IMG/VR virus record: IMGVR_UViG_3300026549_000030
Span: 128,001-192,000 of that record
Direction: 5' to 3' (one strand)
DNA length: 64,000 nucleotides
Source: a virus
Taxonomy: Duplodnaviria > Caudoviricetes
Below the pieces are notes generated by a model that saw only the letters and a list, made by a program, of their open reading frames with translations, was not told the origin of the DNA and made no database searches. How positions within the stretch are numbered: the stretch's first letter is position 1; each line of letters opens with the position of its first letter. Below are positions 10,190 to 20,276 of the stretch, one piece after another. The translations under genes and the position numbers were made by a program.

Positions 10190-10624
10190 TTATTTAACCA
10201 TTATGATCAAATTCTCATAAATAGGGGCTATCATATCACCTACAGGATAATCCGTAGCTTTCTCCCATTCTCCATTTTCATTCCTGATTTCCTTTTCTTC
10301 GTCAGCAACTTTGAGCCCTCCGTGGAATGTTATCTTGAACTGTCCCTTGAATTGTCCCCTAACCTTCGTATCGCGCTTTTTCCAACGATACTCGATTACA
10401 TATCTCGGCTCGCAACTATCAGTCTCAGTTAAAATCAGGTTGCACGGAGCATTAGATATCTTAAGAATGCCCGATTCATCAACCATTGTGAATGTCACGT
10501 CGGCATTTTGAATTGCGTTGTTGAATGTTCTTACCTTGAAGAATTCGTATCTTCCGTCAAGAACCAATTCAATTCTCAATGTTGGGAGCACGCTACCCTG
10601 ATTCAAATAAAAAATTTGAGCCAT
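10190..10624 (-). CDS. BppU-like baseplate/tail accessory protein
   Basis: FYLNQGSVLPTLRIEL...VTFTM...YRWKKRDT...FKGQFKITF resembles the BppU N-terminal domain; late motif upstream. Confidence 0.55.
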   Translation of the reverse strand: MAQIFYLNQGSVLPTLRIELVLDGRYEFFKVRTFNNAIQNADVTFTMVDESGILKISNAPCNLILTETDSCEPRYVIEYRWKKRDTKVRGQFKGQFKITFHGGLKVADEEKEIRNENGEWEKATDYPVGDMIAPIYENLIIMVK

Positions 10625-10687
10625 TTTTGTTTATATAAATGTATTTTATTGTTTTATTTTTATATTTATATATAAATAGTTAAATAT

Positions 10688-12013
10688 ATGAAAAGACTAA
10701 CACAAGAGGAATTTATTAATAAATGCAAATCCATTCTTGGCGATACGTATACATATGAAAAAACAAAGTACGTAAATAACAGAACAAAAATTACAATAAC
10801 GAACAAATATGGAAAGGATATACAATGTTACCCATCAAACATTAAAAAGCTTAAAGGAAAAAAAGATAAATATGACACAGATTCATTTATAAGAAGGGCA
10901 AAACAGATATATGGTAACAAATATACATATGAAAAAACCAATTGTTCGAATTCTCATGAAAAAGTTATAATAACATGTCCAGAACACGGTGACTTCGAAA
11001 AAACGGCATACGCCTTTTTAAACGGTCAAGAATGCCCAATATGCGGAAATAGATATTCCAATGAAAAATTTGCTAAAATAGCCGAAAACGTACACGAAAA
11101 AAAATACAATTATTCAGAAGTTAATTATATCAACAACAATACAAAGGTATGCATCATTTGCCCAGAACATGGAAAGTTTTGGCAAACGCCTAATTCACAC
11201 TTAAGAGGGAGTGGCTGTCCTTTATGCTACAGAAAAGAAACTCGCGAGAAAGAATGCACAAAATTCTTAGATAAATGTAAAAAGCTATATGACGGAAAAT
11301 ATGATTACTCACAAACCGAATATATTAATTCTAATAGTAAAATTCCAATAATTTGTTCAGAACACGGAATTTTTTGGAAATCCGCAATAAAACACTCAAT
11401 GGGCCAAGCTTGTCCAATTTGCTCAAAAATAAAGCAATCAGAAGCGCTAAGACTAACAACAGACGATTTTATAAGAATGGCAATTGAGAAACATGGAAAC
11501 AAATACGATTATTCAAAAGTCGAATACACAAAATGGAATGAAAAAGTTGCTATTATTTGCAAAAAGCATGGACTATTTTTTCAAACCCCGCATTCGCATA
11601 TTAGCGGTGGTTCAGGGTGCCCAAAATGCAGCGAAAGCCATGCAGAACTCGATATAGAAAAATATCTTAAAAATAATAACATAGAATACGAAACGCAAAA
11701 AACTTTTTCATGGCTAAAAATGAAAAAAAATCTTTTTATAGACTTTTACATCCCATCAAAAAATGTTGGCATTGAATTTCAAGGCGGTCAACATTTCGTA
11801 CCAGTTAAATATGGAAACAATAGCAATGCAGACTTAATATTAGAAAAAACACAAAAAAGAGACAAACAAAAACATGAACTTTGTGAAAAAAATGGAGTGA
11901 AACTTTTATATATAATCCCACAAAAATATAAAGAAAATTTATATGGATTTTATAACAAAGAAAAAGTGTTTAATAATATTGAAGAATTATTATCTTATAT
12001 AAACGAAAAATAG
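10688..12013 (+). mobile_element. Free-standing homing endonuclease: repeated CPEHG...GCPxC zinc modules plus C-terminal PD-(D/E)xK (Vsr-like) nuclease
   Basis: About five YDYSKVxY...IICxxHG.F repeats, DFYIPSKNVGIEFQGGQHF, visibly AT-richer than neighbours. Confidence 0.8.
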
Positions 12014-12033
12014 TGGCTATTACGCCACTATTT
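12008..12033. terminator. Bidirectional terminator
   Basis: AAATAGTGGC-TATTAC-GCCACTATTT between convergent genes. Confidence 0.75.
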
Positions 12034-12471
12034 CTTCGTTTTAGAGATAACGAAATTGTGTTCGACAATGTTTTCTTCCAATGAATTGACGATATTCTTG
12101 ATAAGTTCCTCACAATGCTCCTTCAAATCCTTCAACTTCATAACGTTATCCTTGTTCTGTCTGAGCAGGAATTGGAACGAAAGAAAACTTTTCTTTGTAA
12201 GGGAAATTCCCTTTGACGCAACCTGAAAATCAAGAATGAATTTTCTATCGAAAAGTGGAGAATCAGAAATGTTTCTGCTGATAGCCCTGCTGAAACTATG
12301 TTTAATTTCCGAAATATCCTTTGAATAGTCGTCCTTCTCATCTTGTGGGGAAATGAATGTCCTTCCCTCGACATAAACAACTACTGGGTCTATTTTATTT
12401 GTTGTACCTATTTTCAGTTTGAAATTTTCGGCATCAATCTTCTTTTCGCTATTAAGTCTTGTCTCTGCCAT
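12028..12471 (-). CDS. Hypothetical protein
   Basis: ATG at 12471 (MAETRL); TTGA-N18-TATATTTT upstream. Confidence 0.7.
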   Translation of the reverse strand: MAETRLNSEKKIDAENFKLKIGTTNKIDPVVVYVEGRTFISPQDEKDDYSKDISEIKHSFSRAISRNISDSPLFDRKFILDFQVASKGISLTKKSFLSFQFLLRQNKDNVMKLKDLKEHCEELIKNIVNSLEENIVEHNFVISKTKK

Positions 12472-12581
12472 AATACTTCTTTTTAATAAAATATATGCCA
12501 AAATGGTAAAAAGTCAAGGATCAAGACAAATAAGCGCCGTCGGAATAGCCAACAGCGCAGTGAAATAAGTTCTAAAAGCTA

Positions 12582-13205
12582 CTATTCCCAAAAATTTGCA
12601 TCAATTATTCCGCCGCCGGCATTTTTAACTTCCTCGCCGTGTACGTTCATTGTTGGCGTAATCCAATGGTGATATAAACCATTGAAGTTTTCTACGCTGG
12701 GAATGGAATCCGCCCCATCGGCGTGCTTGAATTCATGCGTCCTAACAGGGTATCCCTTTTCATCAAATTTCCATCCATAGGGCATTACAAGTTCGCCATT
12801 AAGAATATCATTCTTGTCCTTCAAGATTGCATTACGATCCATTAATTCACGTGTAGCCGCCCTGAAAATTGCGGTTCCTCGTTTGTTCGTTTTAAGAAGA
12901 TTCTTTAATTCCTCGTAGCTAAGATCACGAACGTCCGAATAAGCCCCATTTGAAGATGTTACAACTTCATCTCCGCCTTCTTCGTCGTCAACTACAGCGG
13001 CGTCATTTGCATCTGCAGCTGCATTTTTTGCGTCATCGGCAGCTTCTGCGTCATCTTCTTTCTTTTTATCTTTATTGAACGCAGCCTTTGCCTTTTTATC
13101 GTTCTTTGCGGCGTTAACAATATCATCCACCCAATCCTCTTTAAGAACCTGAGAAATCGCCTCAGCTATGCATTCGTTCAATTCTTTTTCAGTTACCTTT
13201 GCCAT
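12582..13205 (-). CDS. Putative internal head protein with N-terminal targeting tag
   Basis: MAKVTEKELNECIAEAISQVLKE then an acidic Ala/Asp linker; last gene of a late operon. Confidence 0.6.
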   Translation of the reverse strand: MAKVTEKELNECIAEAISQVLKEDWVDDIVNAAKNDKKAKAAFNKDKKKEDDAEAADDAKNAAADANDAAVVDDEEGGDEVVTSSNGAYSDVRDLSYEELKNLLKTNKRGTAIFRAATRELMDRNAILKDKNDILNGELVMPYGWKFDEKGYPVRTHEFKHADGADSIPSVENFNGLYHHWITPTMNVHGEEVKNAGGGIIDANFWE

Positions 13206-13210
13206 ATCTT

Positions 13211-13849
13211 TTATATGTTTTTAGTTGCGTTATATTGTGGGGCCATATCCATTTTATACGTCGATTCGTTTGATTTGTCGTTCAACACATATACTTTCGC
13301 AGGAGAGTTCTTCAATGTTCCTCCGTATTTGACATTGTTAGAAACAAGTATGTCTACTTTGTGCTGTCCTGCGAAGCGCTTATTCATTGTGTCCTGTATT
13401 TGATAAACGCCGTCCTGAATTCCGTTGTATGTTCCTTCAATCTTAACTATATCTCCATACTTTAAGCCAAATTCACTCATCATCGTCCTTTCCATTGCGA
13501 TAATCTTATGTGCTTCTGGATTCTTTAAGTCTAATTTAAACATTGATGCGGTATGCCTGACGTCTGCGTTACATTGAGCGGGGACTGCATTATAAACAGT
13601 TACTATAACGTCATCGGCTATCATTTTCCACTCCTCCTGAGGAGCGGCGTATACAACCTCTGCTTCCATTTTCTGTTTCTGCGCGTCGTCGACCGTTTCC
13701 AAACCTGAAATGATTGATAAAGCCATTGCTACAGATATAGCTCCGACAGCAACTTTCTGAAGTAACGACTTGAAACTCTCGTTAAGAATTTGCTGTTCCA
13801 TAAGCGCGTTAAACTGCGCTTCCGTGAGGTATATCTTTTTCCCTTCCAT
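13211..13849 (-). CDS. 3D-domain (MltA/RlpA-like double-psi barrel) peptidoglycan hydrolase-like protein with N-terminal tag and hydrophobic helix
   Basis: VTVYN...TAS...IIAM...YGDIVKIEG...YQIQDTM...VDILV is the 3D signature; N-terminus MEGKKIYLTEAQ. Confidence 0.75.
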   Translation of the reverse strand: MEGKKIYLTEAQFNALMEQQILNESFKSLLQKVAVGAISVAMALSIISGLETVDDAQKQKMEAEVVYAAPQEEWKMIADDVIVTVYNAVPAQCNADVRHTASMFKLDLKNPEAHKIIAMERTMMSEFGLKYGDIVKIEGTYNGIQDGVYQIQDTMNKRFAGQHKVDILVSNNVKYGGTLKNSPAKVYVLNDKSNESTYKMDMAPQYNATKNI

Positions 13850-14754
13850 TATTCTGATAATGTGTGGTATAATTTTGAAAGATTAAGAACATCCTCAGTA
13901 AGTGTACCTTCTGAAAAAGCTTTTCCTTCAAGCTGTTGCTTCATTGCACTAAGGCGTGACTTTTCAGCGACGTCCTCGCGTTCACTAAGTATTTCATCAA
14001 TCTTATTAACGCAATCGCTCTTATATCTCTCGAAAAGTTCTTCTCTGCTGCCCTTTGAAAGATTTGTTGAAACAATATCCCAAATAGCTTTATTTTCCCA
14101 AGGCTCGAGTTCACTCTCATTAAGCGTAGAAACAAGTTCCTCTGATAAATCCTTTACGCCCTTATCGGTTTCTTCAGCTTTCTCAGGAACATTTGAGCAA
14201 ACGTGTTCTTTCAAGATAGAAAGCTTGTTGACGTGCTCGTAGATATTTTTTGCAGTCTTCTTATTTGTGATAAGATAATCAATTGCTGAGTTAACTTCCT
14301 TTGATTCTGAAACAATATTGTTAATCTGAGCGGCGTCCAAATTACCTTCAACAACGGCCTCAGCCACAATGTCTGAAAGTTTCTTCTTTCCCTCGTCGAG
14401 TTTCTTCTTATTGATATTGCTGGAAATTGAGAAAGTTTCAGAAAGGAAAAGATTCACGTCAGAGATATGTTCGGGTGAATTCACAATATGATAGATTGCG
14501 AACGCCTTACCGAGTTCTTTATTCTCCTTCAATGCCTTTACATATTTTCCGATAATCTTCTTTCCATTTTCCGAATCAAAAAGATTTACGGAAACAGACT
14601 CGAACAGAGAATTCAAGTCGCCAAGTGAAAGGTTGCTGAAATTTTCGATAGCTTCATTTAATTCTGCCTTCCTGATACGGTTTTCAAGAACGGAATTCAT
14701 TTCGTTCTTAAATTTTAACAAATCAGCACTTTTATCGAGATTGATATTTTTCAT
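13849..14754 (-). CDS. Helical head-assembly/core-like protein
   Basis: Directly downstream of portal, own TATTTATA motif, many LxE/IxE sites. Confidence 0.55.
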   Translation of the reverse strand: MKNINLDKSADLLKFKNEMNSVLENRIRKAELNEAIENFSNLSLGDLNSLFESVSVNLFDSENGKKIIGKYVKALKENKELGKAFAIYHIVNSPEHISDVNLFLSETFSISSNINKKKLDEGKKKLSDIVAEAVVEGNLDAAQINNIVSESKEVNSAIDYLITNKKTAKNIYEHVNKLSILKEHVCSNVPEKAEETDKGVKDLSEELVSTLNESELEPWENKAIWDIVSTNLSKGSREELFERYKSDCVNKIDEILSEREDVAEKSRLSAMKQQLEGKAFSEGTLTEDVLNLSKLYHTLSE

Positions 14755-14798
14755 AATAACTGTCTAATTTATTTATAAATACTTCTTTGGCGACGCTT

Positions 14799-16793
14799 TT
14801 ACAGGAGCTCTTTCTCATTCTGCTTATGCGTTTCTTCAAGTTTTTCAAGATCCTTGATAGCCATATTCAATTCTTCATTGATAAGGAAGTTTTTGTCGAG
14901 TAGCGCGACGCGCTCATTACTTATCTCTTCTGGGCTCTTACGCAGTCTCCTGATATAATTGTCTATATGCTCATAACCTGACTTCGCTTCCGCAAGTGGT
15001 GCTGAACCTTCTCCTCCTCCTTCTCCTCCGAGTGGAGTTGAAGCTTCCTCCCCACCGATTGAGCCCATATCATCAGCGCCCGGCTCGCCTAAGTCGCCAA
15101 GGTCGTCACCGAAGCCGCCGCCAATAGCAGGCGCACCGCCTCCGCCGCCTAAGCCGCCCATATCTTCCTGTCCAGGAATCTGCGGACTGTACTCTGCTCC
15201 GAGTTCCCCATAGATATTATCAACGTTGTCAAAGATATGCGTTCTCTTAATAATTTCAGGAGTGCGTTGAAGTTCAATAGCAACCGCTGCTTCAAGTCTC
15301 ATTTCGTCAAGTGTTTCAGCAATTTCAGAATCGCTCTTGCCCATAATGTCCCTCTGTACTTGGTGCCAAGACATAAGCGGAATTCCACCACCCTGTTCAG
15401 CGAGCGCCGCAGTAGCTGCATTGATTCTCTTAACCAAATTATCGAGTTCCATCATCTCGATTTGATTTGATGGATTATTTAGCGATAATGTGAAGTTGGT
15501 TAAATCGTCGTCATATCCCAAGATATGAAGGTGTATGATAGCAACCTTGTTGAGTTCCATAAGGACAGCCTGTTGAAGGCTGTTCACAGTACGGCTGAAC
15601 CTGATATCAAGGATTGAAAGGTTCTGCCCCTTACCCTGAGGCTCTTGGAAATTCAAATAAGACTTAGGAACACCCAATCCGCAAAGAACCTTATTCTCCA
15701 TGAAGTTGATATCATCCATAGATGTAATGTTCTGCGCTGAATTAAGGTTGTCGATAGACGTTGGATCCTGTCCAGGCCTTACAGGAATAACATAGTCAGC
15801 ACTAACATCAAGGAAATTCTTCCTCAAGTCAATCTGTCCCGTCTGAGGGTCAATAATAGGAGCCCTCTTAATGTTATTCATAAATTCCTGAAGGAATGCA
15901 GGAACGTCATTATCGTCAATTAAGCCGACATTTACCTTGAAAATCCTTCTTTCAACACTTCTTTCGAGACGATAGAGAAGCATTCCATCTTCCATCATAG
16001 AAAGCATTCTCCAATGCCTACGTGAGTGGTTCAACCAAGAAACGCCATATGGAAGATAAAGAGAATCATTAATAAGACGGAAGTGCGCAACCTGCCAACT
16101 CTTAAACGGAATCTGCTGATTGTGTCCTTCCCAAACAAATTTAACATCGTCAGGTTTAATGTTCTGTGTTACGCCGGCGGAAGCGTATGTTCCGGAATAT
16201 GCGTTAAGCATACCATTTTCCAAACGTGTAACCTCATGAACTGGAAGTTCTCTCCACCCAGTTACTCCGTTCTTTGCGTCAATGTTAAGGAACATAAATT
16301 CGTTACCGTATTTCGCGGTAGCACGCATAATAGTCTTACTCCAAAGATTGAAGTCAAGGCGGTTAATGAACAAATCTTCGAGTATCGCCTTAATTCTTGG
16401 GGATTTTGAATAGATATTCAGGATTTTTCCCTTTGAATTGATTGTGGTTGCCTCGTCAGAAACGATTGTCAATGCGCGTCCGATTTCAGGCCATGCGTCC
16501 ATTAAGTCCGCATCACGGTACATTACCTTGACTTGGCTCGCGCCAGCCATTTGTTCCATTGAGGTTTCGTAGCCAATCTTCTGCCATTGATAAGCAAGGA
16601 GGCGCTGCTGTTTCAATTCTTTCAGCTTAGCGTCCCTTTCAGCCTTGTCGTCGGTAGAGAAAATAACCTCAGAGCTTGGTGCGATATTGTATATTGCCGA
16701 TTTTGGTTGCTGAGCCGCCGTAGCAGGATATCCACGCGTTACTCCAATCATTACATCGGATAGTGTCTGTAGTCTGGTTCTTCTTTCAGCCAT
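14799..16793 (-). CDS. Portal protein (T4 gp20-like)
   Basis: WRMLSMMEDGMLLYRLERSVERRIFKVNVG and DIRFSRTVNSLQ are gp20-family motifs. Confidence 0.93.
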   Translation of the reverse strand: MAERRTRLQTLSDVMIGVTRGYPATAAQQPKSAIYNIAPSSEVIFSTDDKAERDAKLKELKQQRLLAYQWQKIGYETSMEQMAGASQVKVMYRDADLMDAWPEIGRALTIVSDEATTINSKGKILNIYSKSPRIKAILEDLFINRLDFNLWSKTIMRATAKYGNEFMFLNIDAKNGVTGWRELPVHEVTRLENGMLNAYSGTYASAGVTQNIKPDDVKFVWEGHNQQIPFKSWQVAHFRLINDSLYLPYGVSWLNHSRRHWRMLSMMEDGMLLYRLERSVERRIFKVNVGLIDDNDVPAFLQEFMNNIKRAPIIDPQTGQIDLRKNFLDVSADYVIPVRPGQDPTSIDNLNSAQNITSMDDINFMENKVLCGLGVPKSYLNFQEPQGKGQNLSILDIRFSRTVNSLQQAVLMELNKVAIIHLHILGYDDDLTNFTLSLNNPSNQIEMMELDNLVKRINAATAALAEQGGGIPLMSWHQVQRDIMGKSDSEIAETLDEMRLEAAVAIELQRTPEIIKRTHIFDNVDNIYGELGAEYSPQIPGQEDMGGLGGGGGAPAIGGGFGDDLGDLGEPGADDMGSIGGEEASTPLGGEGGGEGSAPLAEAKSGYEHIDNYIRRLRKSPEEISNERVALLDKNFLINEELNMAIKDLEKLEETHKQNEKELL

Positions 16794-16876
16794 AATCTTA
16801 CTTTTGCCTATATTGGCTTATCTTATAAATACTTTCATTCCACATTAAAATTAATGATTCTCCCGCTATAATCAAG

Positions 16877-16900
16877 AAAAGGCGGGCAAATAAGCCCGCC
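16877..16900 (-). terminator. Intrinsic terminator after the neck gene
   Basis: GGCGGGC-AAATAA-GCCCGCC with a T tract on the minus strand. Confidence 0.75.
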
Positions 16901-16917
16901 CTTATCAATATGGTAAT

Positions 16918-18048
16918 TTAGCAAGTTATCATTTTCAAAGGTTTGCCCTTCAATATTGCCTCCATACTCTCAGCTATTTCAGCCTGACGTTTCAAAATCT
17001 CCCAAGGAGACATTTGTTCGAGCCTCTTCACAAGCTCTTCCATAGCCTTATCGTATTCCTTTTCCCCCTCATTGAACAACATATTGTAGTCCATTACGGC
17101 TTCGGCGTCCATAATACTCATTTTGCCGCTCCATTTTCCACGTATCTTCGCAAGAGTTTTCTTAGCCTTGGCGAAGAACAGTTTACGGACAATAGTCTTT
17201 GTCGGCTCATTGAGGAATGCAAAGTCAATCTTATCGAGAGGAACTTGGTCAGGAGTTAAAATAACATCCCTGTTTTGTCTACGGCAATCGTCCGCATCCG
17301 CTGCGGAAGAGGTATCATAGTATGTATACCATACCTCGCAGCCAACGAGACTGATACTTCCCATTGTGTTCAGTACGGCGCCAAACGTGAGTTTAGAACC
17401 CGGTGTAGAATAGAGGTGGATAATGTGCGTTCCGTCAGGCCCGGCAGTAACCTTATAAGTTAAGTCTCCACGAAGGAGCCTATTCTTATAAGCCAAGTCA
17501 GTAGCCATATAAGCAATATCCGCACTCTGTGCAATGTAGAATCCACCGATAGGCCCGTAAGAACCGCCGCCCGCCTGTCCGTAGCCTCCCGCGAAACCGA
17601 GTGTGTCAAGACCGCCATAGTTCGCATAGAGAGCCGCCTGAGACGTAGAAGGATTGCACCACATTACGCTGTTTATCTCACGTCCTGCGGGCACCAAATA
17701 ACTTTGTTTTCCAGCCTCCACGGTGAAGAAATCTTTCTTCAACTCCCAAGGGCCTCTTTGCTGCAAGCCTGCTTCCCTTGAGAACCAATAGCTGAAATCA
17801 CGTGACATATCAAGCGTTCTGACGGACAACGCATACGCCATGTCGGTATTTGATACGTCCTTCCCATAGAGCGTAGCCCATTGACTCATAACAAGCCAAT
17901 TCTGCACCTTTTCAGCGTAATCCTCGATTGACGTTTCAAGAAGATCGCAAAGCTGCTCGTCTTTGAGTTCAACATCAACGACGGGCGCCCCAAGTTCACT
18001 TCTGCACTTTCTAAAAAGGGCTTGTATTTCGTCAGTTATCTTTATCAT
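16918..18048 (-). CDS. Neck/head-tail adaptor protein (T4 gp13-like)
   Basis: LGAPVVDVELKDEQL at the N-terminus and AKAKKTLAKIRGKW near the C-terminus are gp13-family motifs. Confidence 0.8.
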   Translation of the reverse strand: MIKITDEIQALFRKCRSELGAPVVDVELKDEQLCDLLETSIEDYAEKVQNWLVMSQWATLYGKDVSNTDMAYALSVRTLDMSRDFSYWFSREAGLQQRGPWELKKDFFTVEAGKQSYLVPAGREINSVMWCNPSTSQAALYANYGGLDTLGFAGGYGQAGGGSYGPIGGFYIAQSADIAYMATDLAYKNRLLRGDLTYKVTAGPDGTHIIHLYSTPGSKLTFGAVLNTMGSISLVGCEVWYTYYDTSSAADADDCRRQNRDVILTPDQVPLDKIDFAFLNEPTKTIVRKLFFAKAKKTLAKIRGKWSGKMSIMDAEAVMDYNMLFNEGEKEYDKAMEELVKRLEQMSPWEILKRQAEIAESMEAILKGKPLKMITC

Positions 18049-18050
18049 TT

Positions 18051-20276
18051 TTACATATTACTTTTAGCGTCTTGTATTACGTCCTCAATCTGATCAAATC
18101 CAATCCAATCGGATTCGTTGTTTATATCAATTGCGAACACCTTGTGAACCTTACTGAAATCTTCAGGATACCAAATTGCAGGAACATTCTGTGAAGGAAG
18201 AAGGACAATTCCATATAATGTCACACCGTGGCACTTAAATTGGAATATTCCATTCGTTCCGATTGAAGGCTCATTGTCAAAATTAACAGGAGAAACTATA
18301 TTGTTGTTTCTCTTATTGATATCAATAATGTTGTATCCACCGCCCTTTGTTCTAACAGTAGTTACATTTACGCTGCTGTTTCCAATATTGCAATGAACAA
18401 TCTCATCACTTACGCTTGCGAATGCGTGCCTGAACTTCTGAACAGGATCGTTGTTTCTAATAGAACGTTCCTTCGCAGATTGGAAATCGAATAAATCGCT
18501 ATGCCAAGTTTTTCCGCAGTCAGTTGTGTATTGATAAGGGATAACTTGGTCGAAATTCCAACATACCATTGACAATCCGTCGTTTCCTCCGAAATATATT
18601 GCGCCCCTTACGTTATATTTTGAGAACAGATTCTGATATTTTGCTGAATTTCCATATCTACTATCGAACATAACGTGGAGCATTCCCGTCGTTCTGTTGT
18701 ACGAACCCACATTCATAGTATCTTGACAATTCTCAATGCGTTTTGCCATCCACCCCGACATTTCAGCCCATACGCTATCAGCAACGTCCTTAGGAAATAG
18801 GAAATAAACCTGGTCCTTCAATTGATATTTTCCCTTGTAAACTTTTTTAGCCCATTCCTCGTTGAAGATAAGGAATCTATTGAATCCGCCGTAGACAATC
18901 ATTTTAACGCCGCCTGCGTGAGTTTCCTTGTCATACTTGTAATATTGAACAGAATTAGGGTTAAGAACCGCGTAAACGCCCTCTCCGTACCAAGAGCCGT
19001 CGTTACTTCCAGCGAACTGCCTTAGCTGTCCATTTGAGAATATAGACTTGAAGTTGCTTGGAGCCGTAGCCCTATAAACATAACAAGTTCTCTTAGATAC
19101 AAATTCTTTCTCGTCTTTATCCGTAATCTCCTCTTCAAGATTTTTTCTAAATATCTCTCCAAGACTTTCAACGACTGGCTGATATCTATAATTTACCTTC
19201 TCGCGGTAATCAGCCAATATCTCGTCCATATTTTCCTTATTGAAAGGAAGCCATCCTTCTTCGTCATTAAGGTTAGGACGATGAAGATTTCTTAAATCGT
19301 TTTCAGGATACCAAATGGCAACAGTCTGATATGAAGGAAGAAAAACGGTTGCATACCAAGTCATTCCTCCGTATTTAAAGCTGAATACACCGTCCCTAAT
19401 TCCGGGAGAAGTGGGCTCCGATCCAAACCACACGTCGCTAATCACTTCAGGCTTAGGAGAAACAATGTTTTCAGTATCAACCTTTGCTATATTGTATCCT
19501 TCCCTTCTGTTTCTGATGACGCAATATAATTCATTATTTGTCTGAACCTTAACTGCGCTTGACTTATCAAAATCATCGAAAAACCCCTTTAATTGAAAAT
19601 CCCAATCGCAGCCCCTTTGATAGCGTTCCCTTGCATTGATATCAAAAACGTGTCTGAATTTATTTTTAACAGCGTCTTCGCTATCATATCTTGAAACATG
19701 CTCAGCAACATCCCAAAGTATTACAGAAGAGAAATCAAATGGAAGAACCGTAGCCACATAATCGTCATACATTATTCCGCGAATACCCCATTTTCTGCAA
19801 AGGCGAACGGTGTCGTCATATTGGTTCATTCTTACCCCGTTTGATTTTATAGCCGCAGCGTCATAAGGATCCTTTACAATAGTATCAATCTGCTCATTAG
19901 GTGTTAAATTCCTTCCGTAATATTTGATAACCTGTCGTTTAATTGAAGGATAATCGTCAGCATCAAACATTATATAGTTCTTAAATCCGCCAAGAACCTT
20001 TCCGCGAAGAATAACGTCGCCATACCCCTGTGCAGCACGACGAATTCCACCACTAAGCTCGAGAGATGCATAAACGCCCTCACCGCGCATTGTTCCTCCG
20101 TCCCCCGCAAGCTGATGTTGGAATCCGTGTTCTATATAGCTTTCAAGGTGCTGAGAACGGATAGCCTTGTATATACTTGGGCACGATGCAATATCCGAGT
20201 CAGAAGGAAGATTCCTCGCCTCGGATAGTACAGCATTTCTAAATGCCTCAGAGATAATATTTTTCAATTTACCCAT
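18051..20276 (-). CDS. Tandemly duplicated ADP-ribosyltransferase/PARP-like domain protein, putatively virion-packaged
   Basis: Two ~350-aa homologous halves, each with Y[KR]A[IT]...G...GEGVYA, resembling the PARP/ART H-G-T...YG.GIY core. Confidence 0.55.
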   Translation of the reverse strand: MGKLKNIISEAFRNAVLSEARNLPSDSDIASCPSIYKAIRSQHLESYIEHGFQHQLAGDGGTMRGEGVYASLELSGGIRRAAQGYGDVILRGKVLGGFKNYIMFDADDYPSIKRQVIKYYGRNLTPNEQIDTIVKDPYDAAAIKSNGVRMNQYDDTVRLCRKWGIRGIMYDDYVATVLPFDFSSVILWDVAEHVSRYDSEDAVKNKFRHVFDINARERYQRGCDWDFQLKGFFDDFDKSSAVKVQTNNELYCVIRNRREGYNIAKVDTENIVSPKPEVISDVWFGSEPTSPGIRDGVFSFKYGGMTWYATVFLPSYQTVAIWYPENDLRNLHRPNLNDEEGWLPFNKENMDEILADYREKVNYRYQPVVESLGEIFRKNLEEEITDKDEKEFVSKRTCYVYRATAPSNFKSIFSNGQLRQFAGSNDGSWYGEGVYAVLNPNSVQYYKYDKETHAGGVKMIVYGGFNRFLIFNEEWAKKVYKGKYQLKDQVYFLFPKDVADSVWAEMSGWMAKRIENCQDTMNVGSYNRTTGMLHVMFDSRYGNSAKYQNLFSKYNVRGAIYFGGNDGLSMVCWNFDQVIPYQYTTDCGKTWHSDLFDFQSAKERSIRNNDPVQKFRHAFASVSDEIVHCNIGNSSVNVTTVRTKGGGYNIIDINKRNNNIVSPVNFDNEPSIGTNGIFQFKCHGVTLYGIVLLPSQNVPAIWYPEDFSKVHKVFAIDINNESDWIGFDQIEDVIQDAKSNM

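Noticed and set aside
18020-18048. MIKITDEIQ at the neck protein N-terminus as a capsid tag
   Set aside because: Spacing differs from T-E-x-Q, no downstream [ILV]xE before the conserved gp13 motif, and neck proteins are added after head maturation.
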